51,706 nucleotides of DNA from Syntrophaceae bacterium UBA2208 (GTDB lineage Bacteria; Desulfobacterota; BSN033; UBA1163): assembly GCA_002327885.1 (NCBI GenBank), contig DCUS01000125.1, positions 1-51,706 of the forward strand, written 5' to 3'. How positions within the stretch are numbered: the first letter of the stretch is position 1; every line of letters begins with the position of its first letter. A program made the translations under genes and the position numbers. Under the pieces are notes generated by a model. It did not search any database. It was not told the origin of the DNA and saw nothing but the letters and a program-made list of their open reading frames with translations. Shown piece after piece: positions 38,303 through 46,326 of this stretch.

Positions 38303-38461
38303 TTAAATTCGCCTCGTCCGTTTCGGTGGTTTGGGAGGTGGCTTAGGCGGGGGTGGTTCTTTTGGTGGTTTTGGAGGCTTTGGCGGTTTCTTTGGCGGTA
38401 TGGGTGGGCTCGGGGGGATAGGGGGTTTCGGTGGTTTCGGTGGTTGAGGTTTCTTTTTCAT
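38303..38461 (-). CDS. 52-aa Pro/Lys-rich peptide, (P-P-K)n-like, not in the ORF track
   Basis: AAGGAG, 7 nt, then ATG. The product is MKKKPQPPKPPKPPIPPSPPIPPKKPPKPPKPPKEPPPPKPPPKPPKRTRRI*. The track's + strand ORF 38240-38482 is its antisense mirror. Confidence 0.35.
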   Translation of the reverse strand: MKKKPQPPKPPKPPIPPSPPIPPKKPPKPPKPPKEPPPPKPPPKPPKRTRRI

Positions 38462-38704
38462 GTCTCATCTCCTTTTATTTGAGATAGGGAACCCGAGTCA
38501 TGGCCAATACGTGGGCCGGCCATAGTAATCATAGAGAGGCGAACTTCATACTTCCGGTTCACAGGGGCTGCCGTGGCACCAAGGAGTCCCGAGGCTACTG
38601 TAACTCCCAGCGGAGCTCGTGCCTCACCTCCAGCCCCAAAGCTAATCGCAAAGGGGGGCATCCCCGGACGTCCCCAGACGGAGAACCACCCCCTCTCCGG
38701 CTTC

Positions 38705-39274
38705 TTAGAGGTCCGAGCGGATCGCCCAAGAGCTCTGAGGGTAAAAACGTTGAAGCTTGATCCACGATTCCTTCAAATCCTCCACGTTGTGCGACTCCAG
38801 ATACTTGCCCACACCGAGGTAGTATAAAGCCGCAGGGGCAAATCCGCTGGTGGGAAATTTCGTGTGAACCTCCTGATAAAATGAAACAGCTTCCTGGTAT
38901 CTCTTTTTTCGCAATGCATAGTGACCAAGGCCCGTTATGAGCATCGCTGCATATTCAGAGGGCGGGAGCCAACCCTCGGTGTGATAGATCACCCGCTTCT
39001 GCCCATCAAGAATATTGAGGTTCGGAGTCCATATGGCGTCAAACTCCTCTACCAGTTTTTCAGCTTCTGCCACATTCACCTGGACAGGAATGAAATACTC
39101 GTTGAGGATCGTGGCAACAGAGAGATCAGGGTACGTCACGGCACCCAGCTTGGTGCACCCTGTTCACCCTTCCTTGAAAAAATCGAGAAGCATCGGCTTC
39201 TTCTCTTTGGAAACCCGTCCCATCCCTTCCTCCATAGACCTCATCCATTTTACCTTTCCTTCAAGTCCTTTCAT
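38705..39274 (-). CDS. Thioredoxin-fold protein with U-x-x-C redox motif (candidate selenoprotein; TGA 39164-39166 read as Sec) and helical TPR-like C-terminus
   Basis: ATG 39274 sits behind AGGAGG. The reading frame runs ...KEKKPMLLDFFKEG-TGA-TGCTKLGAVTYPDLSV... and continues in frame into track ORF 38705-39139. The TGA falls exactly where the first Cys of the thioredoxin CxxC lies. A hairpin follows it. Confidence 0.65.
39127..39162 (-). promoter_or_regulatory. SECIS-like stem-loop 1 nt downstream of the in-frame TGA
   Basis: On the minus strand the sequence is UGA-A-CAGGGU-GCACC-AAGCUG-GGUGC-CGUGACGU-ACCCUG. This gives a 5-bp apical stem with a 6-nt loop containing G and U. It sits on a 6-bp lower stem with an asymmetric bulge. 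Confidence 0.45.
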
Positions 39275-39289
39275 AAAACACCTCCTTTT

Positions 39290-39514
39290 TCAGTGTTGGT
39301 ACCGAATGGATCTCACTTTCTGCGTCCAGGGTTCTTCTTTTCCTGTCAGTCGATGTTTCCCAATCCCCTTTTGAATTCGCTCCTGAAATAGGGTGTGGCA
39401 ATCGTTGCAGATACCCCTTGTCTCCGTGGTGTCCAAAAAGGGTGCTTGATGCCCGTAGATGATCCCACAAACAGAGCATCGCTGGATCATGGCCTTTCTC
39501 CCTTCATCGCTCAA
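39290..39514 (-). CDS. Small Cys-rich hypothetical protein (CxxC...CxxC, possible zinc finger)
   Basis: CSVCGIIYG...GICNDCH. Its ATG overlaps the DUF488 stop (ATGA), which suggests translational coupling. Confidence 0.45.
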   Translation of the reverse strand: MSDEGRKAMIQRCSVCGIIYGHQAPFLDTTETRGICNDCHTLFQERIQKGIGKHRLTGKEEPWTQKVRSIRYQH

Positions 39515-39873
39515 TGACCTCTCGAACTGTGCCGAGCAGTGACATACTCTTTCAGGACAACGGCGTTGTTGTGCTCCGGATCCTTGGCGCTGTAGATGAG
39601 GGTCACAGGCTCATCTTTGGCCATCTCCACGATCTTTTGAACGAGTTCCGTTTTCTCATCAAGTTCTTTGAAATAACGTTTCTTGAATTCGGGCCATTTT
39701 TCTGGGTCATGGGAGAACCACTTCCTCAGTTTACTGCTCGGGGCGATATCTTTGACCCAATCATCAATAGCGGCCTTTTCTTTCTTCACACCCCGTGGCC
39801 AAATCCGGTCGACCAGAATCCGCAGTCCGTCCTTCTTTTGAGGTTCTTCATAAGCCCGTTTCACTTCAATCAT
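39511..39873 (-). CDS. DUF488 (YeaO-like) family protein
   Basis: IEVKRAYEEP...GLRILVDRIWPRGVKKEKAAIDDWVKDIAPSSKLRKWFSHDPEKWPEFKKRY...VTLIYSAKDPEHNNAVVL matches the DUF488 signature. ATG 39873 lies behind AAGGAG. Confidence 0.75.
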   Translation of the reverse strand: MIEVKRAYEEPQKKDGLRILVDRIWPRGVKKEKAAIDDWVKDIAPSSKLRKWFSHDPEKWPEFKKRYFKELDEKTELVQKIVEMAKDEPVTLIYSAKDPEHNNAVVLKEYVTARHSSRGH

Positions 39874-39970
39874 GATTTTCTCCTTGCGCCTCACCACTCG
39901 TTACTCCCGTGAACCTGTTAGAAATGAAAGCCATCGCGCAGTTTCATATATGTTTTTTTGCCCATATTCT

Positions 39971-40192
39971 CTATTCGCAAGGGCCTTCGATGCAGTAGAA
40001 CATTCCAGTGCAGCCATATTTCTTCTGCACATCACACTGCGGGCAGTTGCACCCTTGTTTCGGTTTGGGCGCACTGCTCTTTCCCCTCGCGCAGAACAAG
40101 GATTCCCCTAATACTCCAGGATAGGTAGGGCAGGTTCCACAGAACTTAAGGCAGATATCGACGTTTTCAGGCATGTCCTCTACTCTTGGCAT
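39971..40192 (-). CDS. DUF2769-like Cys-rich small protein
   Basis: The pattern CLKFCGTCPTY...LFCARGKS...GCNCPQCDV...YCIEG matches DUF2769 as I recall it. Confidence 0.55.
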   Translation of the reverse strand: MPRVEDMPENVDICLKFCGTCPTYPGVLGESLFCARGKSSAPKPKQGCNCPQCDVQKKYGCTGMFYCIEGPCE

Positions 40193-40220
40193 GGTTCCCT
40201 CCTTTTCCCCCTCATTTTAT

Positions 40221-41573
40221 TTATTTGTTTTCATCCCGATGCCAGCGTTCCATGTGTCGTGCATGGGTTTCCAAATACGCTCCGGGCTTGAAGTATTGAT
40301 CATAGAACTCAAGATCCAAGTGGTGGGCTTGCAGATAGATAAAGACCAAGATCGTGGGAACCGTTCCGGGAAACTTGCCAAAGCGCTCCAGAATATATTC
40401 GGCTTGGGCGGCAATGCATGCTTGAAACTCCTCATTATGTACCTGAGCGCTTCCACGTACTTTCCCATTATCTTTCCACGGACCAGGTGTCTGGTCATGG
40501 AAAGGGCCACCCGGACCGAATTTTTTCTTAACTACGGCCTCGATGACAGATTTCATATCAGGGAAATGGGGAGGACAGTGGCCCTCAAACACTCCCTGTA
40601 ATCCAGTCACGTTTGGCACTGCCCAGCCCTCTCGCTGATCATATCGGAATCCTAAACCCGGAACTTCAGGATCTCCGCTTGCGCCCAGGATCGAATAGGG
40701 ATTGACTCCGTTAAACATCCACCCTCCGAGCCCCATCGCTTGAAGCATCAAGGCTCCGGCATAACAGGAGGTAACAAGTTCCGTAGTCGCTTCAGTAAGC
40801 GAATAACGTTCAATGAAACTTAAAGGCAGGAGATTCTCCGGATCGTACAAGTGCTTGAACTTTTCAAGACCTTGTATCTTTTCTCCATGCACATCGTTGT
40901 ACAGGCAGTAGCCATTCTGCAGGTAGTAACAAAGATTCAATACATTATGAAGAGCTACGTCCGCAGCCGGGAATATGAAAAGACTCCCGGGTCGGTTGAC
41001 GACCCAGTGGTTATGGCCTTCAATATGGGGATCACGAGGGGGGAGATACAGGCGACCATCAGCAAGTTTTTGGATGCGTGAGCGATGGTTTTCCAAAGTT
41101 GCATTCAGGTCGAGAGAGCCGTCCTTTTTCATCCTCCTCAGGTCAAACGCATCTCTCGCCTGAAGCATATAGACACCCTCGTCATCGGTAAAAAAGACTT
41201 CGCTGACATGAAATCCCGCTGCAGAAGGAAATGTGCGGCCACCCGCGGCAGAAGCATAATTAGGTAGGTACGGTGCATAGCGGCCATTATAGGGAATAAG
41301 GAAGTTCCATCCGGTATTCCCGGCAACGGCAGACAAAACGAGTAGTTTTTCCAGTTCAGTAAGAGGGAAAGGGTTATGCTTTGATTTGTAAGCGAGGACA
41401 CCTTCGGGGATTTCCGCCCCCATGAAGAACCTACGAGACCGCCGGCCTGTGAGCGCCTCAACAAAAGGAAGCTTCAACATATCCTTAAATCCGGGGGGCA
41501 ATTTCGCCTTTTGCATATAACTCTTCGCCTTTTCCAACCTTCTCTTCGGCAGGATTATATGTTCTCCATCCAC
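40221..41573 (-). CDS. Nitroreductase-superfamily (SagB/ThcOx-like) protein, function unknown
   Basis: VEALTGRRSRRFF and a later ...LMLQAMGLGGWMFNG resemble nitroreductase-fold signatures. At 450 aa it is roughly double a simple nitroreductase. Confidence 0.45.
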   Translation of the reverse strand: MDGEHIILPKRRLEKAKSYMQKAKLPPGFKDMLKLPFVEALTGRRSRRFFMGAEIPEGVLAYKSKHNPFPLTELEKLLVLSAVAGNTGWNFLIPYNGRYAPYLPNYASAAGGRTFPSAAGFHVSEVFFTDDEGVYMLQARDAFDLRRMKKDGSLDLNATLENHRSRIQKLADGRLYLPPRDPHIEGHNHWVVNRPGSLFIFPAADVALHNVLNLCYYLQNGYCLYNDVHGEKIQGLEKFKHLYDPENLLPLSFIERYSLTEATTELVTSCYAGALMLQAMGLGGWMFNGVNPYSILGASGDPEVPGLGFRYDQREGWAVPNVTGLQGVFEGHCPPHFPDMKSVIEAVVKKKFGPGGPFHDQTPGPWKDNGKVRGSAQVHNEEFQACIAAQAEYILERFGKFPGTVPTILVFIYLQAHHLDLEFYDQYFKPGAYLETHARHMERWHRDENK

Positions 41574-41582
41574 CCTTGACGA

Positions 41583-41879
41583 TCAGGACAAATCGCGCTT
41601 CTTTTCTTCAAATTCCTCTTTATCGATGTCACCCCGGGCGTATCTTTTCTTCAAGATTTCCAGAGCAGTCTCCTCCGGTTTTTGAACATGGCTCCCCGCA
41701 CGACTTGATACCACCAACCATCGGATCAGAAAGACAATGGCCACAATGATAAGAATCCAAAAAAGCCCCATCATGATGAAACCAAACCAGCCCATCCCAA
41801 ATCCCCAGTCCATCATCCCAGGACCATGCCCCCATCCGTAGTCACGCCATTGCGTAGAGATATGATGAATGAAGCTCAT
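41583..41879 (-). CDS. SHOCT-domain membrane protein
   Basis: A Gly/Trp/Met-rich N-terminus, one TM helix (LFWILIIVAIVFLIRWLVV) and a C-terminal ALEILKKRYARGDIDKEEFEEKKRDL SHOCT motif. Confidence 0.7.
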   Translation of the reverse strand: MSFIHHISTQWRDYGWGHGPGMMDWGFGMGWFGFIMMGLFWILIIVAIVFLIRWLVVSSRAGSHVQKPEETALEILKKRYARGDIDKEEFEEKKRDLS

Positions 41880-41913
41880 ATTTCTCCCTTCTTATTTCCC
41901 TGAAGTTACTCTT

Positions 41914-42765
41914 TCACCCGTAGCTCTCCATGACCTTTGCCAGTCGGTCCCGATCCACACTCTGTTTGAAGAGCTGGCCTTTCTTGAGAGATGGGAAATA
42001 CTCCTCGTACGGGGGCCTGTCGTTTCGGTAGATGACCCCAATGGGGATTTCATCTCCCCACTTCTGGGCCTCATGCATGGCGCTTTCCCAATCCGTGGGG
42101 TCATAAGATGATGGCAGCTCCTTACAACGATCCTTGTACCATTTGAAGGTATTGACCCTGTTGAAGGAGGGGCAGGGCTGAAGCACATCGACCAGAGAGA
42201 ATCCCTTGTGGTCAATGGCCTGACTGAGCATGTCCGCAAGGTGGTCCTGGTTCCCGGCAAAGCTTCTGGCTACGAAGCCCGCGTTCATGGTGACGGCGAC
42301 GGCCACGGGATTGAAAGGCGACATGGCAACCCCTTCGGGCTGAGCCTTCGTCACAAAACCCTGGTCCGACGTTGGACTGGCCTGGCCCTTCGTGAGGCCG
42401 TACACCTGGTTGTTATGGCCCAAGAGCGTGACATCTATGTTGCGCCGGATGGCCGCAAGGAAGTGGTTCCCTCCCTCTGAGTACATACAACCGTCCCCGC
42501 TCTCGGCAATAACGATTAGATCGGGATTGGCCAGTTTTGCACCGGTTGCCACAGGCAGACACCGGCCATGCAATCCGTTGAAGACATTCGCGTTCAGGTA
42601 ATGGGGGGCTTTGCCTCCCTGCCCGATTCCGCAGACGAAGAGAACCTGATGTGGCTCCAGGTTCCGCTGAACAAGCCCTTTCTTCACCCCCTCCAATAGG
42701 GAAAAGTTCCCGCACCCCGGACACCACGCAGTTTTAAACTGTCCATAATCTTTAACGTCAACCAT
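41914..42765 (-). CDS. korB: 2-oxoacid:ferredoxin oxidoreductase beta subunit (TPP-binding)
   Basis: WCPGCGNFSLL and TPP-binding GDGCMYSEGGNHF; 283 aa. Confidence 0.85.
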   Translation of the reverse strand: MVDVKDYGQFKTAWCPGCGNFSLLEGVKKGLVQRNLEPHQVLFVCGIGQGGKAPHYLNANVFNGLHGRCLPVATGAKLANPDLIVIAESGDGCMYSEGGNHFLAAIRRNIDVTLLGHNNQVYGLTKGQASPTSDQGFVTKAQPEGVAMSPFNPVAVAVTMNAGFVARSFAGNQDHLADMLSQAIDHKGFSLVDVLQPCPSFNRVNTFKWYKDRCKELPSSYDPTDWESAMHEAQKWGDEIPIGVIYRNDRPPYEEYFPSLKKGQLFKQSVDRDRLAKVMESYG

Positions 42766-42841
42766 GATTTCCTCCCTTCCTTAAATACCAAACCATAGGT
42801 CCCGTATTCTGGATTCAAGATTCCTTGTGAAGTCTTCCTCA

Positions 42842-44518
42842 TCACCTTAAATTCTCCAGAATATAATCCGGAGTGATCGGTAACCCGTCGTATCTCGCAA
42901 CGCGATTCTTGATAATGAACCCTGTCTCCCTGCGGATAAGCTGTGCCAATTGCCCGGTCGCATTGCTTTCCACGCAAACAACCTTTTTGGCCTGGTCCAA
43001 GTGCCTGAAGAATTGATCTGGAACCAAAGGCCAAACCTGGGAAAAATGGAGGGTCGCTACTTTCTTCTTCTTTGATCTGATCTCAGAAGCGGCCTCTTCG
43101 ACGGCCCCTTTTGTTGAGCCCCAGCAAACCAGCAGCGTGTCAGGGTTCTTATCCCCGTCATACAGGGGTGAAATGACCTCTTTGAGGATGCCGTCTCCTT
43201 TTCTCAGGCGTTTGTCAACCATCTTTGGACGGATCGAGAGATTCTCTGTCAGGTGGCCGTTCTCGGTGTGCTCGTGACTATCAGCAACGACGAGATGTTT
43301 GCTGACCCCTGGAAGCAAGCGTGGAGAGATGCCGTTTTTTGTCCTCCGATAACGAAGGTAGGGCGACTCTTTGACCGACGAAGGATCAAAGCCGGCTTTG
43401 ACAAAAGAAAGTTTCGTCACGTCGATCGGCTTGATATCCTGATAGGAATCGGCAAGGAAGTGATCTGTCAGCACAAACATGGGTCCCTGGTATTTTTCTG
43501 CAAACTCAAAAGCCTTTCGGGTCAGATGGAAGCACTCCTCGATAGTCCCGGGCGCAAACACTGCCCGGGGGAACTCCCCGTGGCCTGCATGGAGGACAAA
43601 CCAGAGATCTGCCTGCTCGGTTCGGGTGGCCAGCCCCGTTGCTGGACCCGGCCGCTGGCCGATGACGATGACCACCGGCGTCTCGCTGACCGCCGCCAGG
43701 CTGACACCTTCGACCATCAGGGCAAACCCGCCTCCCGACGTAGTCACCATGCTCGGAGCCCCCCCAAAGGAGGCTCCGATCGCCATATTGATTGCAGCAA
43801 TCTCATCTTCGACCTGTTCAACAATCAGATCCATATCCTTTGCCCGGTTGATAAGCGTCTGTGGAATAGAGGTAGAAGGGCTCATGGGATAAAAGGCGCA
43901 GAGCTTCATGCCCGCGGAGATCGCCCCCAGCGCAACCGCTTCGTGACCATGCATCAGCCAGCGTTCTGGTGGCTTTATTACAGAAGGCAGCTTCTCCCAC
44001 TGGAGGTCCTTCTCTTCAACCCATCGGTACATCGTCTCAAGAACCTTCCGGTTCTCCTCGAAACGTTCCTTCCCCAGGTCATCTTCAAGCGCCTTGGCCA
44101 GAATGCTTTTATCGATCCCGAGAAGGCTGGCTGCGATCCCTACAGAAGCCGTATTCCAGTAAGTCTCTTCTCCGAAATCTTTGAAGGGGACTCCGATCCA
44201 GCTTTTTTCTTTGATATCCCACTCGGCATTGCCGATCACGCGACCCTTTTTCGCTCTGAGCTTTTTCCGGTGAATCTCCACCGTCTCTTCATTTAGGGCG
44301 ATCAGCATGTCGACCTCTTCCTGGGGGGCGAGCACTTTTCCCGCACCGAATCGAATGGCGAAAGTATTGTGGCCTCCGCGAACCCGAGACTCATAGGTCT
44401 GTGTCACATGAACAGAAAAACCACTCCGCATCAGACTCTTGGCAAAGATGGGTCCGATTGTCTGCAGACCCTGCCCTGCCTCACCACCGATAAGGATATT
44501 CAAAATCCTCTCCTCCAT
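42842..44518 (-). CDS. korA: 2-oxoacid:ferredoxin oxidoreductase alpha subunit with fused N-terminal gamma domain
   Basis: The N-terminus ILIGGEAGQGLQTIG...RGGHN is the gamma domain. The alpha pyrimidine-binding and transketolase-C-like regions follow (MHGHEAVALGAISAG...YPMSPST). Confidence 0.85.
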   Translation of the reverse strand: MEERILNILIGGEAGQGLQTIGPIFAKSLMRSGFSVHVTQTYESRVRGGHNTFAIRFGAGKVLAPQEEVDMLIALNEETVEIHRKKLRAKKGRVIGNAEWDIKEKSWIGVPFKDFGEETYWNTASVGIAASLLGIDKSILAKALEDDLGKERFEENRKVLETMYRWVEEKDLQWEKLPSVIKPPERWLMHGHEAVALGAISAGMKLCAFYPMSPSTSIPQTLINRAKDMDLIVEQVEDEIAAINMAIGASFGGAPSMVTTSGGGFALMVEGVSLAAVSETPVVIVIGQRPGPATGLATRTEQADLWFVLHAGHGEFPRAVFAPGTIEECFHLTRKAFEFAEKYQGPMFVLTDHFLADSYQDIKPIDVTKLSFVKAGFDPSSVKESPYLRYRRTKNGISPRLLPGVSKHLVVADSHEHTENGHLTENLSIRPKMVDKRLRKGDGILKEVISPLYDGDKNPDTLLVCWGSTKGAVEEAASEIRSKKKKVATLHFSQVWPLVPDQFFRHLDQAKKVVCVESNATGQLAQLIRRETGFIIKNRVARYDGLPITPDYILENLR

Positions 44519-44584
44519 AATGTTTCTCCTCGTCTTTATCTAAGTATTTGGTTGTGCGTTTATCTTATTCACATTGAAAACAGA

Positions 44585-44782
44585 TCAGCTCCTTTTACCT
44601 CCGGGAAGTCTCACCCATCTCCGCGTGAGCGGTAGGGGGACTGCCTTCAATCCGCTCCTGTTTTCTAAAATTGTCGGATCGATGATATCGCCACAAAGGA
44701 CGCATCTCCTTCGCCAGAAATGCTCTTGGGGTCCATAAAATTTCTGGTAAGTCATACTACCCTCACAACGGTCACATCTCAT
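44585..44782 (-). CDS. Small zinc-ribbon hypothetical protein, first gene of the kor cluster
   Basis: MRCDRCEGSM...RRRCVLCGDIID. ATG 44782 lies behind AAAGGAG (the track ORF begins at 44809). Confidence 0.45.
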   Translation of the reverse strand: MRCDRCEGSMTYQKFYGPQEHFWRRRCVLCGDIIDPTILENRSGLKAVPLPLTRRWVRLPGGKRS

Positions 44783-44850
44783 AATGAACTCCTTTCCGGA
44801 ACTTCCCAAAAAATTTCTCCGCGTTTGCTGAACGACTCCAATGTGTGATA

Positions 44851-44866
44851 ATCAAAAGACATGCCA
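44851..44866 (-). promoter_or_regulatory. Sigma-54-type -24/-12 promoter candidate
   Basis: The minus strand reads TGGCAT-gtctt-TTGAT, with exact GG-N10 spacing and A instead of the consensus C at -12. It lies about 70 nt upstream of ATG 44782. An identical 16-mer is at 46899-46914. Confidence 0.5.
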
Positions 44867-45000
44867 ACGCTTTCCGATGATACATAAAATGATGTTTTGA
44901 TTTTATTTCGATAACTTGGGAGGCAGTGATCAAGACGGATGAAAAAACATTGGCAGGGATTAACCGTGGAAGCATGCCACACCTGGGGCACACTTCCCCG
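44851..45000. repeat. Copy 1 of a ~150-bp duplicated regulatory cassette (promoter + AT-rich spacer + palindromic upstream site)
   Basis: It aligns along its length with 46899-47047. Shared blocks are ATCAAAAGACATGCCAAC, TTTTGATTYTATTTCRRTAACTTRGGARGCAGT and CGTGGAAGyrTGCCACACyTGGGGCACrCTTCC. The last block is an imperfect palindrome, GGAAGyrTGCC-N8-GGCAyrCTTCC. Confidence 0.65.
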
Positions 45001-45076
45001 TTTGAAGCTGGATTATGTGGCCTGCCTGGTACTCGTAGATATCTGAAAAAGCAGGTTCTCTTATGATGCCTGGTTA

Positions 45077-45275
45077 TCAGGCAGCATTCAGTTTAGTATG
45101 ATTTGCGATTTTTAAAAACCTTGCATTAATAGCCACGATCACTGTGCTGAGCGACATCAAAACTGCTCCCATTGCCGGTGACAGGAGCACACCATACCCA
45201 TAGAGGACGCCAGCCGCCAGAGGAATGGCAAAGGCATTATATCCCGTGGCCCAGACCAGGTTTTGCACCAGATCG
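45077..45275 (-). pseudogene. P1B-type heavy-metal ATPase remnant: last ~60 codons only
   Basis: ...[55 protein letters not shown] is the final two TM helices of CopA/ZntA-type pumps. Nothing upstream in this frame resembles an ATPase. Confidence 0.6.
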
Positions 45276-45441
45276 TCCGATTCCAGCTCAGGTCTTTGCC
45301 GGTCCGCTCCGAGACAATGCGCTGAACGTCGCCGAAGCCAGCGTCCTTGGGCGCCAGGATTGAAGCGCACCCGTAGAGAGGCAGCATCGAAATAAGAAAC
45401 AGCCATCGCACCACCCGCCTTCTCGGAATCCTCAACCTCAC
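45272..45441 (-). pseudogene. Outer-membrane efflux lipoprotein (CzcC/CusC, TolC family) remnant: first ~55 codons only
   Basis: [55 protein letters not shown] has a signal peptide, a lipobox Cys and the typical GF.DV...V.ERTG..L.W N-terminal motif. Homology ends at about 45275 where the ATPase tail begins, in another frame. Confidence 0.5.
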
Positions 45442-45647
45442 TGGTGCCTCTCCATTTGCATTTCCTTCATCTCTGGGGGTAGTGGGTCCGGAGTTGGGAA
45501 CTGGATCGTCAACACGCCCGACCCGTTGATTGCAGGCGCTTGAGGAGCTGCAGGGTTCGCCGGGTGTTTCTCGGAGGAGATTATGCCATGATGCGCACAG
45601 CTAAGCAGAAATATGCACAAGAGAGTTACCGTAAGAGAGAAACCCAT
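45438..45647 (-). CDS. Small lipoprotein, hypothetical (His/Pro/Met-rich; possibly metal-related)
   Basis: It has a signal peptide with an LLSC lipobox and ends ...[13 protein letters not shown]. Its stop overlaps the start of the czcC remnant. Confidence 0.4.
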   Translation of the reverse strand: MGFSLTVTLLCIFLLSCAHHGIISSEKHPANPAAPQAPAINGSGVLTIQFPTPDPLPPEMKEMQMERHQ

Positions 45648-45746
45648 CGCCTTTCCTCCCCACGCATTTTCGCATCAACTTTTCAGGAGGCTACTTTGTC
45701 TTCTTCATCCATCAAGGTAATCCGGAACTTGGTAGAACAAGCCGGA

Positions 45747-46187
45747 CTACTCCCACTTCGCGACCCATTCTGAAATCATCTGATTCAGTTTCTTTTTTTG
45801 ATCTTCGTTTAGATTTTTTTGAAACTCGACCATGAGATCAAAGGCTCGATTGATCCGTTCGGTTTCCGCCCGAAACAATCCCTGGAGAAGGGAAGTCATC
45901 TTTCGAATATCTGAAATCTCTTTTATCCCTTCCTCTTTGATGTTCACAAGCGCCTCTTTTTTCTCGATCTGTCCCTCCTGGAAGTTCTTGCGGATGTCGA
46001 GTTTGAGCCGTTCCAATTGGATCTTCTGATCTTCGCTGAGATTGAGCTCTCCTGCCGTCTTATCGACCATTTTAACGAAGGCCTTTTCAGCCTTTGACAT
46101 CATATCCATTTTGGGACGGCAACCGACGAATAGAACGCCCAAAACCGCTACTGATAGAAAAACAATTAGATATCGATCTGACTTCAT
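45747..46187 (-). CDS. Spy/CpxP/ZraP-family periplasmic protein (LTxxQ-type motifs), lipoprotein
   Basis: LFVGC lipobox and two LxxxQ repeats (LSEDQKIQLERL, LNEDQKKKLNQM) in an all-helical 146-aa protein. Confidence 0.6.
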   Translation of the reverse strand: MKSDRYLIVFLSVAVLGVLFVGCRPKMDMMSKAEKAFVKMVDKTAGELNLSEDQKIQLERLKLDIRKNFQEGQIEKKEALVNIKEEGIKEISDIRKMTSLLQGLFRAETERINRAFDLMVEFQKNLNEDQKKKLNQMISEWVAKWE

Positions 46188-46326
46188 CTTCTTTCCCCTT
46201 TCTCAGATTGGATGTGGGTGACGGAAACCTCATCAAACCCGGGTGCCGGGACACAGACTTTGCCAACTACCCCATGAGCATTCTCACCGAAGAGCGAGAT
46301 TCCTTTACCCTTCAATCAGCTCCATA

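Noticed and set aside
38240-38482. 80-aa + strand ORF rich in W/F/R/G
   Set aside because: It is the reverse-complement mirror of the Pro/Lys-rich minus-strand ORF, which has the RBS. The + strand ATG has none.
38458-38661. 67-aa minus-strand ORF (Gly/Ala-rich)
   Set aside because: It has no RBS and no recognisable family, and it overlaps the RBS and start of the Pro/Lys ORF. It could be a decayed fragment, but I cannot support a call.
43253-44296. 347-aa + strand ORF (and nested 137-aa ORF)
   Set aside because: It is antisense to korA. The Arg/Pro/Leu-rich product has no motifs. Shadow ORF.
46251-46265. TGGCAA-N5-GTGT upstream of the CpxP/ZraP-like gene as a fifth sigma-54-like promoter
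   Set aside because: The -12 element is weak (only TG retained). It is suggestive because E. coli zraP is sigma-54 dependent, but too degenerate to call.
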